Shown here piece after piece: positions 1-14,000 of a stretch of 64,000 bases of DNA. Made by a program: the position numbers and the translations under genes. The notes beneath the pieces are model-generated. The model saw only the letters and a list, made by a program, of their open reading frames with translations, did not search any database and was not told the DNA's origin. How positions within the stretch are numbered: position 1 is the stretch's first letter; every line of letters starts with the position of its first letter. The stretch is from Tubulanus polymorphus. Lineage: Eukaryota > Animalia > Nemertea. Where the stretch lies: contig NC_134036.1 in the NCBI RefSeq assembly GCF_964204645.1, positions 2,232,001 to 2,296,000 of the forward strand. The letters are read 5' to 3'.

Positions 1-245
1 AATGGGGCCACTATTATTGGGCATTTGCTTTACAATCCATACATCACGGAAATCTATATTGTAAATCCGGAATTATGTTCTTGTGAATCGAAAACACGTA
101 GCAAATAATTTGAGATAACCATGATTCATCGAAAATCATTCGATGCAAATAATATTCGCTGGGTGGGTGGGTTTAATGGTTTATCTGAAAAAGAGGCATT
201 TTTTCACATTTTCTATCTTATGACGAGTTGAAAAAAAAAATTCAA

Positions 246-330
246 ACTTACCTGTTTGATGCAAAGTAGAAATATACCGGAAAATAGAAAGAAAAAAGAA
301 AACAATTTAGTTACAATATCAGATTGAGCT
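246..330 (-). promoter_or_regulatory. Candidate recursive splice site (zero-length exon)
   Basis: Minus strand reads TAACTAAAT, TGTTTTCTTTTTTCTTTCTATTTTCC, then TTTGCATCAAACAG|GTAAGT. No other AG for about 75 nt upstream. Confidence 0.62.
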
Positions 331-1509
331 CATTCACAAGTTAGTCTTAGTTTTTGCTTATGACGATAGATGGCGAACGGATCGACGCAACGATTCATTC
401 GTAAATTGTCGATTGTTGAACGACCGTTACAAGACGCCATGGAAACGCGATAAGAATATGTCTTACTGGAAACCAGTCGTTTCTTCCAATGTAAGAGGTA
501 TGTAGGATTTAAAGAGGTAATGATGGAAAGGTTTAACGGACAAAGTTAGCACACGGGCCATTCTCCATTGATTATCTATATTCTAAGATCTTAAGACACA
601 ATCATCTGTCACACTTGATGTAAGGAACATCGCAATATCAATTTGATAGACTAGTTAATAAACAGACTTGAAAAATGACCATTTAAACTACCATCAATTT
701 TGTTTTTAGATTTGTGGAGTGAGATATCATTCTCGGTGTATTCTTTAAGTACTACGGTATCACAAGGGCCCAGTTTCATGGACTGGGTTTATTTTAACAA
801 AATGTGGGCCAGGACAAATGTCAAAATGTTCCCAGGGATTATTTCGGCCTTTTATCAAAGAAACACAGCCTTAAAGTTTTTGCCAATGATGTTATGGCTC
901 TATTTCATCGTTTGATATACCAATCGGAATCTCATTTCGATATTTTACCGAATGCAAGATTGATATCGAAATATCAAATATCAATTCAGCTAGTTTAAAC
1001 TATCATAACGCAGCAACAGCAACAGCACTACGTTATATCACGATACAAATCAACGTGGATGGATCGTCATTTTTGAGATATCAAAACGAAGCCCGATATC
1101 GGCGTAATCCGCCAATCAACAGACTTGTCATCGGTTTCTAAAAGCCAATTGAGAATTTCATTTCACCAAATATGTCAATTTGTCAATGAAAATTCGCGGC
1201 GTCCTTTTAGTACCGAATTTCAAAAGGCTTCAGTCGCCCGCGCGTGGGTTTTTAAATTGATTTCCCCGGAGATTTGAGCAACAATGAATGCGGTTCAACC
1301 GACATCCTTCATAATTTTTTTTCATCGTTTTGAAAAATGTAATCGACCAATCCGTGCGCAGCAAACCGTCCATTCATTCAAATTCTTACTGACGACTTCT
1401 TTCTCGTGGGCGGCAGCAGCAGCAGCAGCAACATCAGCTGTAGCAGCAGCAGCAGTAGTAGTGCCAGTTGATGACAAAATCCTAGAATTATCAGCAAGTT
1501 TAAACTTCC

Positions 1510-1618
1510 GGACCCAGTTCCACAGATGTGAGATAGAGTTATCTCTCTGAGCTAAAACAAGTTCATTTTCAATGAGTTTACTCAGTCAAATCTTAACTGA
1601 CAACTGTGGAACTGGGCC
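1510..1618. mobile_element. MITE, family A
   Basis: TIRs CCCAGTTCCACAG / CTGTGGAACTGGG. An inverted relative lies at 56275-56392 and a degenerate one near 40320-40472. Confidence 0.75.
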
Positions 1619-2483
1619 ACGAAGTTTCAAACGGCAATAGGATTTTGAAGACATGGCCATGCTTACAATATGGTATCCTCAGGAAAAGCCTATTTCGGTC
1701 AATAATATCGATTGATGACGAAAAGTCGTTGTTCTTGGATCTAACAACTTTTAAGGTCTTGAGATTAGGACATCGGATTTAAGATTTAAGTCATGATCGA
1801 TTTGAAACCGTTAATGCACATGGGACGCAATTTGACCTATGCGCACGTGCTGTGGTAAATATTTGTCGAGGCCAAACGGAGATTCTTTCCGGGAAATATC
1901 CAGCGATATATTCTCTCCTGACCTATATACGTCTACCCCACAGATATAAGCAGCTTATCAAATACCGGTAAATCTCGGTAATCGGATCTTAACTTCGTCT
2001 CAAGGGGACTGTCCGTTTACTAGACTAAGTAGTGAGGAGAGATACCGGGTGAGGGAGGGAGAGGGAGGGAGTGGGGCAGGTGGAAGAGATGAGGAGAGAG
2101 GGAGATTTTAAGATGGAAACACTTTTTGAGGCTCACAGTATAAAAAGAATTTATAGCGAAACAAAAAGAAACTAATGACATTCCCTGATAGTTCCATGAA
2201 TTTGAAACAAGCTATAGACAAATTCAATCAACCGCGATATGAAGCATGCTCGCGTTACCCAGGGAATAATTACCGGGGTAAATCGGGCATAAATACGAGA
2301 TTTTGAAGGAACGTGACTGGAACGGTTAAATAATGAAATATTCACGGGGAGACACGACGTCAGAATGAGAGGGCGAGGGGGGTGAGGTGAAATCAAGAGA
2401 CATAACCTAACCTAAAATGGAGGTACAATTTTAGTTGATAGAGGGGTTCCAGTCTTACAGGTTTTGTTGGTGCAAAACTTTTA

Positions 2484-2634
2484 AATGACCTAGTTTGGTT
2501 GACCTAGTTTAAATGACCTTATTTCATTGACCTAGTTTAATTGACCCCGTTTGATTGATCTAGTTTAAATGACCAGTTTGATTGACCTAGTTAAATGACC
2601 TAATTTGATTGACCTAGTTTAAATGACCTAGTTT
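2484..2634. repeat. Degenerate tandem repeat of about 14 bp, TGACCTAGTTT(AAA/GAT)
   Basis: Direct inspection. Confidence 0.85.
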
Positions 2635-3278
2635 TATTTTCCCCTATAATCAATTTTTATACCCATAACAAATCTTCATTTTAGGCTAAAAAAAATGCTG
2701 AGCACAAATAAGAAACAAGATATCAATTTTCATAAGCCTCATTCGTTGCAATGGTCAGTGGTCATCAGAAGCAATACAGTCACTTGTTCCCGGAAACCCA
2801 TTAAACTGTCGTCTGCCAACCCCCGCGCGCACGCGTGTTCGTTTCTATCGTCAGTAATTCCGGTAACCAATCAACCGGTAACGTTAACAAATTGCTTTAA
2901 ACGTTAACGAAACGTTGCCGATACGCGGAATTTGATTTCCTAGACGTCGACAACGCAAAAAAAAACAAGTGGTACACGTCAACGTTACTTAACGTCAAAC
3001 GAATTATTATTGTTACAGCTAACGCCGAGCAACGCGGAAGAGAAAGAGAGAGGCGTTGTTAACGGCGGCAACAATAACGTCGGAATACGCAGTTATCAAC
3101 TTCGTCGTCAGGGAGGCAACGCTGCGACAAGTGGTAATTGTTGAAATGAATGAAATAAAAATGTAGTTCAGATAATAAATGACAGGACGGTCTCGGTGGT
3201 TGTCCGTTTGCAAGACGAATGAAGCCAATTTCAGATCGAGCGAAAAGGAAAATGAATGATTGCCATGTTATTGATAAT

Positions 3279-3495
3279 AAGGCTAAACAAAAATGGATAC
3301 CTTGTTTCTCCTAATCGGCCGGGGGTCATTTTTATAAACCGCAGTTATAAAATTGTAATCAGTTCATTTCTGTCGGGTTTGTTATTGTTAGTTTGATCGT
3401 GATTTTAGAAAAAGAAATGCACACGTAGATAGGCGGCTGGGTCAACTTTTATGCTTGGTAAAATGAGATAAACAAGGTATCAATTTTTTAGCCTA
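3279..3495. mobile_element. Non-autonomous TIR element, family G
   Basis: AGGCTAAA..AATGGATACCTTGTTTCTC / GAGATAAACAAGGTATCAATTTTTTAGCCT; a second copy lies at 28108-28484. Confidence 0.75.
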
Positions 3496-6400
3496 ACTGA
3501 CAATTTTCAAGTTGTTTGTTTCACTAAAAATCGCTACACAGACCCGCGCCTTCCCTGAGCGACAACTAACGAGCTAACGAGTCCTTACACACCGTGATTT
3601 ATCGATACCCAGCCATTAATCAGTCCAATAAGTGTCCGCGGTATAGCCCTCTCTGCGGTGATTAGGCGACTCGGTCGAGCGGGCTGGAGAAATGCGGAAG
3701 GTTACGTGGAGCACCGCAGTATATAGCAGACGAGATTCTGGTCGATACAGATAGCAGGTGGTTAATCCCTTAATGTCGAAATCACAGTAACTGTTCATCC
3801 GGCAACTCACAGAGCGCCATTCACCGGATCAGTTCAGCTGATTCCGATGTTCTATTCCCCCGACAGAGGAAGGTTAACAAGGTTTTTCTCTGACCCCAGG
3901 TCAATGTATCGATGAGAAGAACATTTAATGGTTCTAACCCTGGTGGTAATGACCGATTTTTGAAGTCGCTAAGGTTTTTCTCTACCCCATGAAATGTGCC
4001 CAAACCCTTCGATTCTCTACCCCATACACAAGATGGAGGCCCCAGAACACCTTCCTAGTGACTTCTAACGCCGACCCCAGAGTTCGAACCCTCGAATGGT
4101 ATTAAACTGTAAGATTGACTATAGAACCAAAATTAGTTTAAACTGGTTTCAACATGGAACTGTAATCTATGACAAAACTGAGGCGATTTGAGGTCGTCAA
4201 GTTGAAATGCCGTTACACGGTAACACAGCTTGATACCGGAAGGAAATAATTCACCGAAGTTGCTATTTATCATTTTCGCATTAACGGCGCTTTCAATAAT
4301 ATCTGCACCTAATTGGTCAATTTATCATTGAACTTGGCGGTCGTTAGTTACATAGAATCCCTGAAGAGAGAATCACTCTTCCCTACAACTCTCTCCCCTC
4401 CTCTCTCCCTCTCTCCTCTCTTCTCTTCTCTCTCTCCACCCTCTACCTCAGCTATCTTCTCCGTCTATATGATTCGTCATAAATGGCTACTTCCATAAAT
4501 CCCCCTATGACATCACATCGTCTGTATATATTGTAACTTTTAGGAAGTTTTATGGCATTCATTCTTGAATGGCTACTACCAGAAATCCTTATAAAGTTTT
4601 TTGATATAACATTTTAGACTCGGTAACTTCGATATTACGAATATATATATATATAAATACTATATGAGATATCAGATTCCTGAGTCAAACGGTTGAAAGG
4701 AAAATTGATTGATTTTTTCTCATTGATAAATGGACTCCTTTCTGTAGGGAGAGAGAAGGGATATTAATTTATTTGCCCACGTTCAGCAGACGATGAGAGG
4801 CTAGGCGAGGTCGTTTGAATCCCAGGAGACATGCGCGTACGACAGCTAACTATCTGTTAACCCGTTACTGCATCATACACAAACGGATTCCGATCCGTCC
4901 ATTTACAGCCCTATATTCGATATTGTCATAGGCGGATTTCTGGAAGACGCCATTCAACAATGAATGCCAAAAAACTATTCCTAAAAGTTACTAGACAAAA
5001 CGATGATGTCATAGGGGGATTTATGGTAGCGGCCATTTTTGAAAGGACGCTTTGTGTTAAGAGTGTTGCGTCTAAAAGAAGCTAATAACCTTTACTTAAC
5101 ATTACAAAAGAAATCGAAGATGTCATGAGGGGATTTATGCAAGCAGACATCTTTCTGGAAGGTATATCATATAAATTCGATGATGCCAAACTAGGGCAGT
5201 TTACGAAGGCAGCAATGAATTTAAGAATCAAAAATGGCCGCAAAGCAGCTTTCTTAAAAGGCCATATAAGCAGAGGCATTGTTTCTGTAATCAGCAACAG
5301 ATGATGATGCCATAGGTGACGTCATAGGGGGATTCATTAAGGCGCATTGACCTCGATTGAGGCAGTGTGACAAGTGTCCCTGATTTCACGAACTGTCCTC
5401 AATCGATACTAGAATAGCTAAAAAATCAGGTCGCAGACGATTTCAAGGTCGAGTTCCGTTAAACAGCGAAATCTAGAAAACACACTTCATTTACATCGCA
5501 TCTGCAAACACCCCCATCGGCTACCATTCAAACACCACGTGATTGAATAACGGTCGACTGCCCGTTACGCATTTGATCGTCGGATGTGTTTTCGGAATTT
5601 AAATGCGGTAATTATTACGACTGAATGACGCCGTTATTTCGGTAGAGAAGACACCACTCGCCGACGGCTGCGATTGTTCTCGTCTCCGCGACATCGTTCT
5701 CCACTCTCGCCGCGGGGTGTTTACAAAAACAGAGACGCGGAAATGATGAATGTAGTAGATTTTCCGGTCGGTTGGATTTCGAAACGTCGCGCGCGTTGTT
5801 TTTGAACTATCTGATCTATCTGAACTATCTATTACAGTGCCCTACTCCCCCTCCCCTTCTAACCCCCAACCCCCTCCTCCTAGTTCCTTATTGCCACAAA
5901 AAGTAAAACAAAAAGGTTAAACTAAATGTTTTGTTCATTGCTATTGAGGTTACTTCATGTTTTTTAAGATCATTTTTATCGTAATCTTTATGCCGTTCAT
6001 GCCACTTTTTTTCAGGGCGTAAAAAAAACAAAAAGTAAATTAGGAATTTATAAAAGGCAGAACCCATAGTTTCAGTACATATTCGAGTTAAGCTGTTTGT
6101 GCTGGCAGGATCAACGACCATGAGGACACGAAGCTAGGCTGCTGCTACAGCTTCAAGGGCTGGGGTTAAAATGGATCCATTCTGCTGCTAGAAACCTCGG
6201 TTACAAGAAGGCAGATCCAACTTACATCTCTGACTATTTTGATATTTGTGGAAGCAGTTAAATAAGAAGCTGTAATCTGATAATGTAGCCAGGTTTGTAA
6301 AGTAAGATAAACCTCTAAGCGCAACAGCCAGCGACCTCTAGACAGACGACAACTATACAGACCCTAAAGTGAAACCAATAACTCAACAACAACAAGCTCA

Positions 6401-6845
6401 TCTGGCTATTAATCAACATGTGAAAAGACTGACGAGTTTAGGATGGAATAATTGATTAGAGTTTTCATCGTTGTTAAATGGGATACCATTAATTTTGTTG
6501 CGCCGATATCGATGGCAACTTTCAATGACTAGGATATAAAGATTTCGCGATGACATCGCGTGACAAAAAAAAAACGTTATTTATCACGATACAGTTTCGT
6601 TTCGTTTTTGTAAGCGAAAATCGATTGAAAACAAAATGTCGACTTAAAGTCTTAAGATAAAAATGAAAAATTGGAGTTTGAAATGTTTCGTTTATTCGAT
6701 TCAAATTCTAATGGCCCTATACTACAAGAGCTTTATACAGCAGCGAGAGTCGATGTTTAGAACTAACGGCCAGCTTGAAGCCCATATTTGTAAGACAGGT
6801 CTAAAATCAGATGCTTCAGTTGCTCAAAAGTTGGTTAGGGTTAAC

Positions 6846-6959
6846 CAGGACCCAGTTTCACAAAAAGGTTCAACTCTTAAATCGATCTAATTTCTGCATT
6901 AATTCAGTTTATCTTAAATCGATTTAGGCTTTAATCCTTTTTGTGAAACCGGGCCCCAG
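6846..6959. mobile_element. PIF/Harbinger-type MITE, family B, nested in a family C copy
   Basis: TIRs GACCCAGTTTCACAAAAAGG / CCTTTTTGTGAAACCGGGCCC with a CAG...CAG duplication; it interrupts the family C sequence GTTAAC-CAG-TG. Confidence 0.8.
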
Positions 6960-8352
6960 TGCATAGTTGACAAAGTGACCATGGTATTTATCAGGGTAGC
7001 GGATGTTCAAAAGTTGGTTATAGTTAACCAGCGGAGAGTTGACATAGTGACAATTAAAAGTTAATTGTGACCTTGGCGTTCACCCACTCCATCCTCTATC
7101 TTTAACCAACCGTTCAGCAACGGCAGCAGAGAAATCTGTTTCGCTACCGACAAGTCGGTTCGTAATGGGGACACCACACGACGAAAATGAGAACTACACC
7201 AAATCATATTAAAAATGGGCATCAAATCACTCAAACAAATCAACCTCTAGAACAATTCCCAATTCGAAAATCAAAACCAAGCTAAAGCGATTGAAAGTCT
7301 CTGACAGCGAGTTTGAATTGTCGGAATAACTTTTCATCGAAATATAATTGTTATATCGTCCCCTGAGGATGTTACAGTTACAACTCGAGTCACAAATACT
7401 GTGTCGAATGGCCATGAAATAACTTCATGTTTATCGAATCGCTTTTATCGGCAGAAGACAAACTGCCATCTCCTAAACTAGCGTAACGTTCCCTCGCCTG
7501 CCAGAGTTTCATTTTCTATGCCGTGAAACGATAACAGATTCATCTTTATCGCCATCAATAATTCGCGGGGAAATACCGGCGAAAAAGCGCCATTGTTCGG
7601 GCGTAAACTAGCAACCGCGGTAGCGATATTTCATTCGATATAATGGTCTTTAACGGAACGATATTCTGAGACGGCGAAAGCATTTATTTTGAGATACGAC
7701 GAGACGAACGATATCTCATCCTTTCTCTAGCTGGCAGCTGTTAATCTATACGATAGGCTGGTAGTGTTTATATTTTAAAGGCCATCTCAGGATAAAATAG
7801 CTCACTATAAATAATATTGGTTTGCACAATGCCGTTAAGAGGCAGTCGTCAGTATCATCCACCAATCGATACTAGCATCATCAGGATACAAAATAATTCG
7901 AGAGGCTTGGTAATGAATGATAGAAAAGAATTGATGAAAAGAATCTGAATGAAGCCGCCATAAATGTCACGTAAACATCAGTCGTTGTGAAGCTTCTAAG
8001 CTCAGTTGTACAGTTGTGAATTAAGTACTAAAGTGGTCTTGCATATAAGGCTGATCTTAAGTTGTTAGATTGGCTAAAAAAAACCCAAAATGAGCTTAGA
8101 CTAGCCGTCTCTTTTCGATAAGCAATAGAACTAAGTTTGTTTTAGATTGGTCTTAAATTGTTTAGTTTAATTAATGTATTCGTCAGTGTCATCCACAAAT
8201 CGATAATGACGTCATCAAGATTCAAATATTTCGTGAGAGTAGAGATACAGATAGAAATAATTGATGAAATAAATCTGGACGGAGCCGCCATTTAGGGTAA
8301 ATACATCAGTCATTGTGAGCTTCTACAGGCCTTGCACAGTCGTAAGGTGGTC

Positions 8353-8594
8353 TAATGTCTATTTCAACCTGACTTGAGAACATTCCTGGAGGCCTAGCTC
8401 ACTTATTTTTGGTAGTACATACCTGATAAAGGTCTTGATAGGACCAGAAAGGACAGGCAGTCGACCTTAAACATCGTTTTTTAATCCATTTGAAACTGTA
8501 TTGAAGAATATCCAAAAAGTCTTCACTGAAAGAGGTTAAATGAAGAGAAGTGACTCCCCCGGAATGCTCTCAAGTCAGGTTGAAATAGACATTA
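8353..8594. mobile_element. Non-autonomous TIR element with probable TA target duplication (Tc1/mariner-like)
   Basis: TIR of about 31 bp, ATGTCTATTTCAACCTGACTTGAGAACATTCC / GGAATGCTCTCAAGTCAGGTTGAAATAGACAT, bounded by TA on both sides. Confidence 0.78.
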
Positions 8595-10868
8595 GCATAT
8601 AAGGTAGGTACTCCTTCATTTTGTGCTTGCACATTGCATTTCGCCGCCATCTCGAAGGCCGGTTTCACGCATAAGTGACCATTCCATCGAGTGATGAAAA
8701 TAAATAAGGACTTTCCCTGAGTCCCAAATCGAGTTCAAACGAATCCCTATTTTCATTATCACATCAAACTGTTGAAGACACAACACGATTGTTCTCAGCG
8801 GGGTCCGCGATGATCCATCAGCAACAAGGGAAACCGTTAGCGCGATTCAAATTCTACCCGTGTTACCGCGGTGACAACAATCCATCATTAAAAATCACAT
8901 ACGGCCCGGAGACAACAACAGCGGGTTTCTCCTCAAAATGATTTACGAGTCATTCGGGAGGAAGGCTCCGAAATCTGTAGAAAGGAAGGTTCCGAAATCT
9001 CCAGAGATGATGGTTGGTCAATTACCGGTTACAATAGGCCTATGGCTGATCTGTAAGTTCGGCGTTACCCGTAACGGAGAAAGTATCCAAATATCTGAGC
9101 TTGGATCCACATTTTGGACTTTTGGCCATTCGATGCTTTGTCACTATTTCAACGGCTACAATTTTGATACGTGTACAAAGAGGTGGGGGTTAACCTTGGC
9201 TGCAGAGGCTGCAGTTGCTCGAAGGTTGGATAACTTGTTCCAACTTGTGGGCAACTAAAACCCCCTATTGAGCAATTGATATAAAGAAAGATCAGTTCAT
9301 ACGTCAAAGCCACAAAGCAGAAGACCGACTGATTCCTCATTAGCTACTACACGAGGGAGGCTTGTTAACTTCAATCTTAAAAAAAATAGATCAAATACGA
9401 ATTACTACGCGTTATCGTATAACTAGTGTGTACAACGGCGCGTCGGTAAATAGATCTCTTTAAATGATGCCCCGCAGCCTCTCTTTCCCGAACCACACGA
9501 TCGACAAAATACACTCGAATTACGTTTTGAAGAGCGTCGTTAATTGTTACGACGTCGTTCTCTGGAGACGACGTAGACGCGGCGCGCGCGAGATGTACCC
9601 GGCCCTTCCCGAACACTAATTGCAGAAGATGAGAAAAAAGAAAGGAGCAAAAATGAGAAATAAAAGAGAAGACGTTTGAATAATTGTGAATGACGTTTTG
9701 GGAAGATTAAAGGGGAGAGTTACCGGAGTGACTGATAAATCGATAACAGATCGTCTGCTGCGCTTACACAGTGCCCCATAGGTAGCAGAATTGAAAGATA
9801 TTCAATCAGAGACCATTAACTGGTGCGGTGCCCCCTTCAGGGCGCAATTCGATCTCGACAGAGTCATATTTGTGGTGCTCAACTCAACCATCACGATACG
9901 AGGTACGCGCCATCTCGGGGCAGAAATCTGAACTACCAAGGTAGGACAAATGACCTTACCCAGACGCCCCTTTGTGAGGCGTCAGTCCCGACTAGCAAGA
10001 CGACACCGATCTCAAGGTATGACGTCACTTGGTACAGCGACCGCCAATTGAGACAACACGTGCATCAGATCGCTTCGAACGACGCCCCCTAGGGGCATGA
10101 ATTGATGGCCCGCGATTGATAGATTCGTTGTCGAATTACCATTTACATTAACGCCCCCAAGCGGTGATCGTCGCCAGCAAATTATAGCAATTGACTGGCT
10201 TTTTGGAGAAAGACGGAGATGGCAGCCGATTTTCCCCGGAGGGAAGGGGGTGGCGAATTCGGAATGAACTGACCATTGTCCGCTCTGTCCAGCCGACATT
10301 TCCCATCCTTACGGCGGTAATTTCAGACCGAACAGTCCAGACAGTTCAGTCGAAATGCCCACCTAAGAGTGGTAATTTCTGTACCAAACCGACTGGTTTC
10401 CAGTAGAAGCCGCGAAGCCCTCGGGGCGATAATGACCACGCTGACCACTGTCCATCGCGTCCAGACGAGCATAACGAACCGATAATTATCGACATGCATT
10501 AGCCATCCACGGAAAAAACGACCGTCATAAATTGGGCGCTAATTCTAGCGATCAGTGACGTCAATTATAGCACAAGAACAGCGGCTGCTGCTGGTGCTGC
10601 TGCTAGTACTTGTGATGTTGCAGAGACCTGCTGCTGGTGCGGCTGCAAAGAACTGCTGCTACTACTGGTGGTTGAGTTGTCTGTCTTATCTGAAGTGCAA
10701 GAGGTACCACTTCATACGACCGTTAAAGAAGAGTAAATAAACATAAGAAGTTTCCATGTCTAGAAATCAAGATTCCAGAAAATCGAGACCTTGTTCGTGT
10801 AGGAGACGTATTGTCGTCTGATTCTATCGTCTGTCGCTGGCGGTTGGGTTAACTCAGCGGTCAATGAC

Positions 10869-11001
10869 CTGGGGCCGGTTGCTCAAAAGTTGGTTAAAGA
10901 TAACCGACCGTTAAATACCATAGTAACAATGAAATTTCAATTGTCACCATATCAACTATCCACTGGTTAACTCTAACCAACTTTTGAGCAACCGGCCCCT
11001 G
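10869..11001. mobile_element. PIF/Harbinger-type MITE, family C
   Basis: TIRs GGGCCGGTTGCTCAAAAGTTGGTTA / TAACCAACTTTTGAGCAACCGGCCC, flanked by a CTG...CTG 3-bp duplication. Relatives at 6817-7060 and 49787-49923. Confidence 0.85.
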
Positions 11002-14000
11002 GCGTTTAATCAGTACAACTGTCCCTCTAAGCTGAATCTATATTTTACCAGGCAGACTTCTGATTCGGTGTCGTTGACATTCTAGTCGTAATCGAGTACG
11101 CGCGAGATTTTTCAATTCTCGTGTCCCGGGAACAGCATTATTCTATAAACGTTAGATCTGTGTTTTTTTCAATTGTTTATCACACATCGTCTGCTAAGAT
11201 CGGTATCGGTAATAACACGTCTGGGATGAATTCTCCTTTTCAATAATCGTGTCGAAAGATGGTGTCGTGTTGAAAAGAGAAATATTGATATTGTGCCAAA
11301 TTTTTCGTGTTTCGTATATATGTAGTGAACGCGAATTGACGCGACTCATAAAAAAGAGTTCAGAGCCTTTTTACGAAAATGAAAACAAAAAATTCCAATA
11401 ATCGATATTTAGAGATATCTACACATTTCGGAGCCTTCCTTTCGAATGGCTCGCATTAAATGTGTAACGACACATTTAGAGCTCGGGGCTTTTCTTACAA
11501 GAATGAAAAAAAATCTCTATCAATAAACGATCTTACCAGCTCAGCTCCATCGATTTATTATTAACAATTTGAGCAAGTGTGGATATTTTTATCACCGTTA
11601 TTGAAAGCTTTCGTCTATTTTCCTACAAAAAACACACCCGGTAAATCGAATCTTATTGGCTTTTTCTATTAAAAGAATGGTATGCCGAATAAAAACTCCA
11701 ATCCCTACAATAACTCAGATTATAGAAAGTTTCACCAAGAAAAAAATTATTGAAAGCTATCGACCTTTATAAGTTCCTACACAAAACATACCTAACAAAT
11801 ATTATTGGTTTCTTTTTAATCAAAAGAATAATATGCCGAATAAAAACTCCAATCTACTAAAATAACTCAGATTTCATTATGGAAAGTTTTCACCAACAAA
11901 AAAACTACTACTTTCCAGATATCAAAATACACCAATAAGAATAATTCCACCAGTGACGAGGATTAAATCGATCTTTCGAAAGCTTTCGATCTTTAAAAAA
12001 AATAGAAATGCTATTGTTGCATAAAAGAGGTATCTAGTATCTCTGCCGTAAATGAACCGATCCGATTAGCACAGATATTGGCTTCGTCTGACGAAATTCG
12101 TTTCGAATAGTGACGTTCAGTAAGTAATAACCATTAACGAAACACTCCAAGTCCAATGTTGTAACGATAAAATATCACAATAAGAAAAAAGAGTCTGAAA
12201 TGTTTTCAGGAGCTTATATTCATTCGACGTTTCGACTAGAAGGTTTTTTAAATATCTAATATCCTTATAAGTGGAACAATTCCTGAAAACATTGGCTTCG
12301 TCTAACTTGAGTATCTTAGGGAAATGGTTTTTTTTCTGTCGACTTGCTGAAAGCATTCGATCGAAAGAAGCTTATTGTGCATGTCTATGCTATAAGTCTG
12401 CTCGTACTCCGTTATGAGATGACGTGAAATTTTACGAAAAATTAAGGAAACGTTTTTTTTTCTTTCGCCGCAACTTTCTCTTTCAAAAATCGATCTTTAT
12501 TCGAATCAAAAGCCTTTAATAAGTCGCGAATTAATCCACTAGGAGACAGAATAAATGTGGTTTTGTCGTAGATTTAAAGGCTGTCATAGATGTAATACGG
12601 CGTTTCTAAAGAATGACTAATTTATTCCTCGAGTATAACGACTATAATTTAGTCCGGGAATAGATTTACTTTATCGGGGATCAAACGGCTTTGAAACGCC
12701 TTTGCGAGAATTAATCCTCCGTGACATCGACGGCACCAGCTCCGATGGAACAGTTTTAAGTGACGCGGTTTTTTTCTGTTCAAGAGACCGGATTTTCTTC
12801 TATTATGTATCGAAAGCTTTGATTACGTCGACGAAAAAAAAGAAAGAAAAGAAAATGTCAAAAGTTATTTCTCGGAGATGGAATCATGCTTCGTGTTGAT
12901 AATCGTGGCTTAAGCCTCGTAAAAATAGCACGGATAATTTATATAGAGATTGTAGTTTATAGGTCGCAGGGATGAACTAATTACTGACTGTTGGTCGAGT
13001 TTCATTCGATATGGAGGCAAAATAAATCCGACTTCGAACATTTTCAAATTTCACAGTTAATGATCGTGAATCTTTGATACTCTTACAACGAATGTTTTCA
13101 CGACTCCTTCTTAAGTGATACCAAGTCTAGGAAATCATGGCACGGTTTTAAGCAATTCATGGGCCAAAACGAATTTTGAGTAAATAGAATTAAAAGCTTT
13201 GAAAATGTCGACGAAAAATTCAGTCTTAATGTCCATTAGTTACGTATTTCGTAATCAACTTAGCCTTTACTGAGGGAACGTACCAAAATGTCATAGTTCA
13301 AGGCCTAACCTAATGAAGGCTTTTAACGGTGCCACAGAAAAGCTATATCTCCCTCGGGGCTTATCAGAGAGCCTAGTTTTTTTAGTCATTTATTCGTACA
13401 AAAATTTTTTTTCAGAAAAGAAAATTAAGAACGACATTATGATGTCTGAGGTTATCGCTAATTATCGAGTATAATGGGTTTAAACCGGGTCTTTTAAACT
13501 TTTCAAAAACACTTTTTATAATTTTGTTCAGCAAAAGGAAAATTCGTTGCTTAAGAAATCGTCTTTTTATCGAATCCTCTTATTTAAGTCGGAAAGTTTA
13601 AACAACTAAAATGTCACCAGGCATCAAGGTCTTTCTAATGACGAGCTTACACTGAGACAAACAACGAACTGCGTTTTATCTCAAAGACAAAACGATTGAA
13701 ATAATTAGTCAAAAGCTTTCCTTAAGTTAAAACGACTGGGAGGCCCTTTGAAAGTCTGAATGTTTGAATTTCCCAGACTCTCAACGAGTTTTAGTCGTCT
13801 CTGATGGGAGGAAAAAAGTGAACTTTCATGGAAAGAGACGATAAACAAAGTAACGTCAAAGGTAACTCTCACTTCCGTGGATAATTCGAAAAGCAATTTG
13901 AAATTCTTTGAAAAAGGTAAAATGAAGCGGAAAGACAATTCGGTCTTCAGGAAGTGGTCGGTTTTGAGATGTGGTCGGTCTAGCAGTGGTCTCTTGTCGA

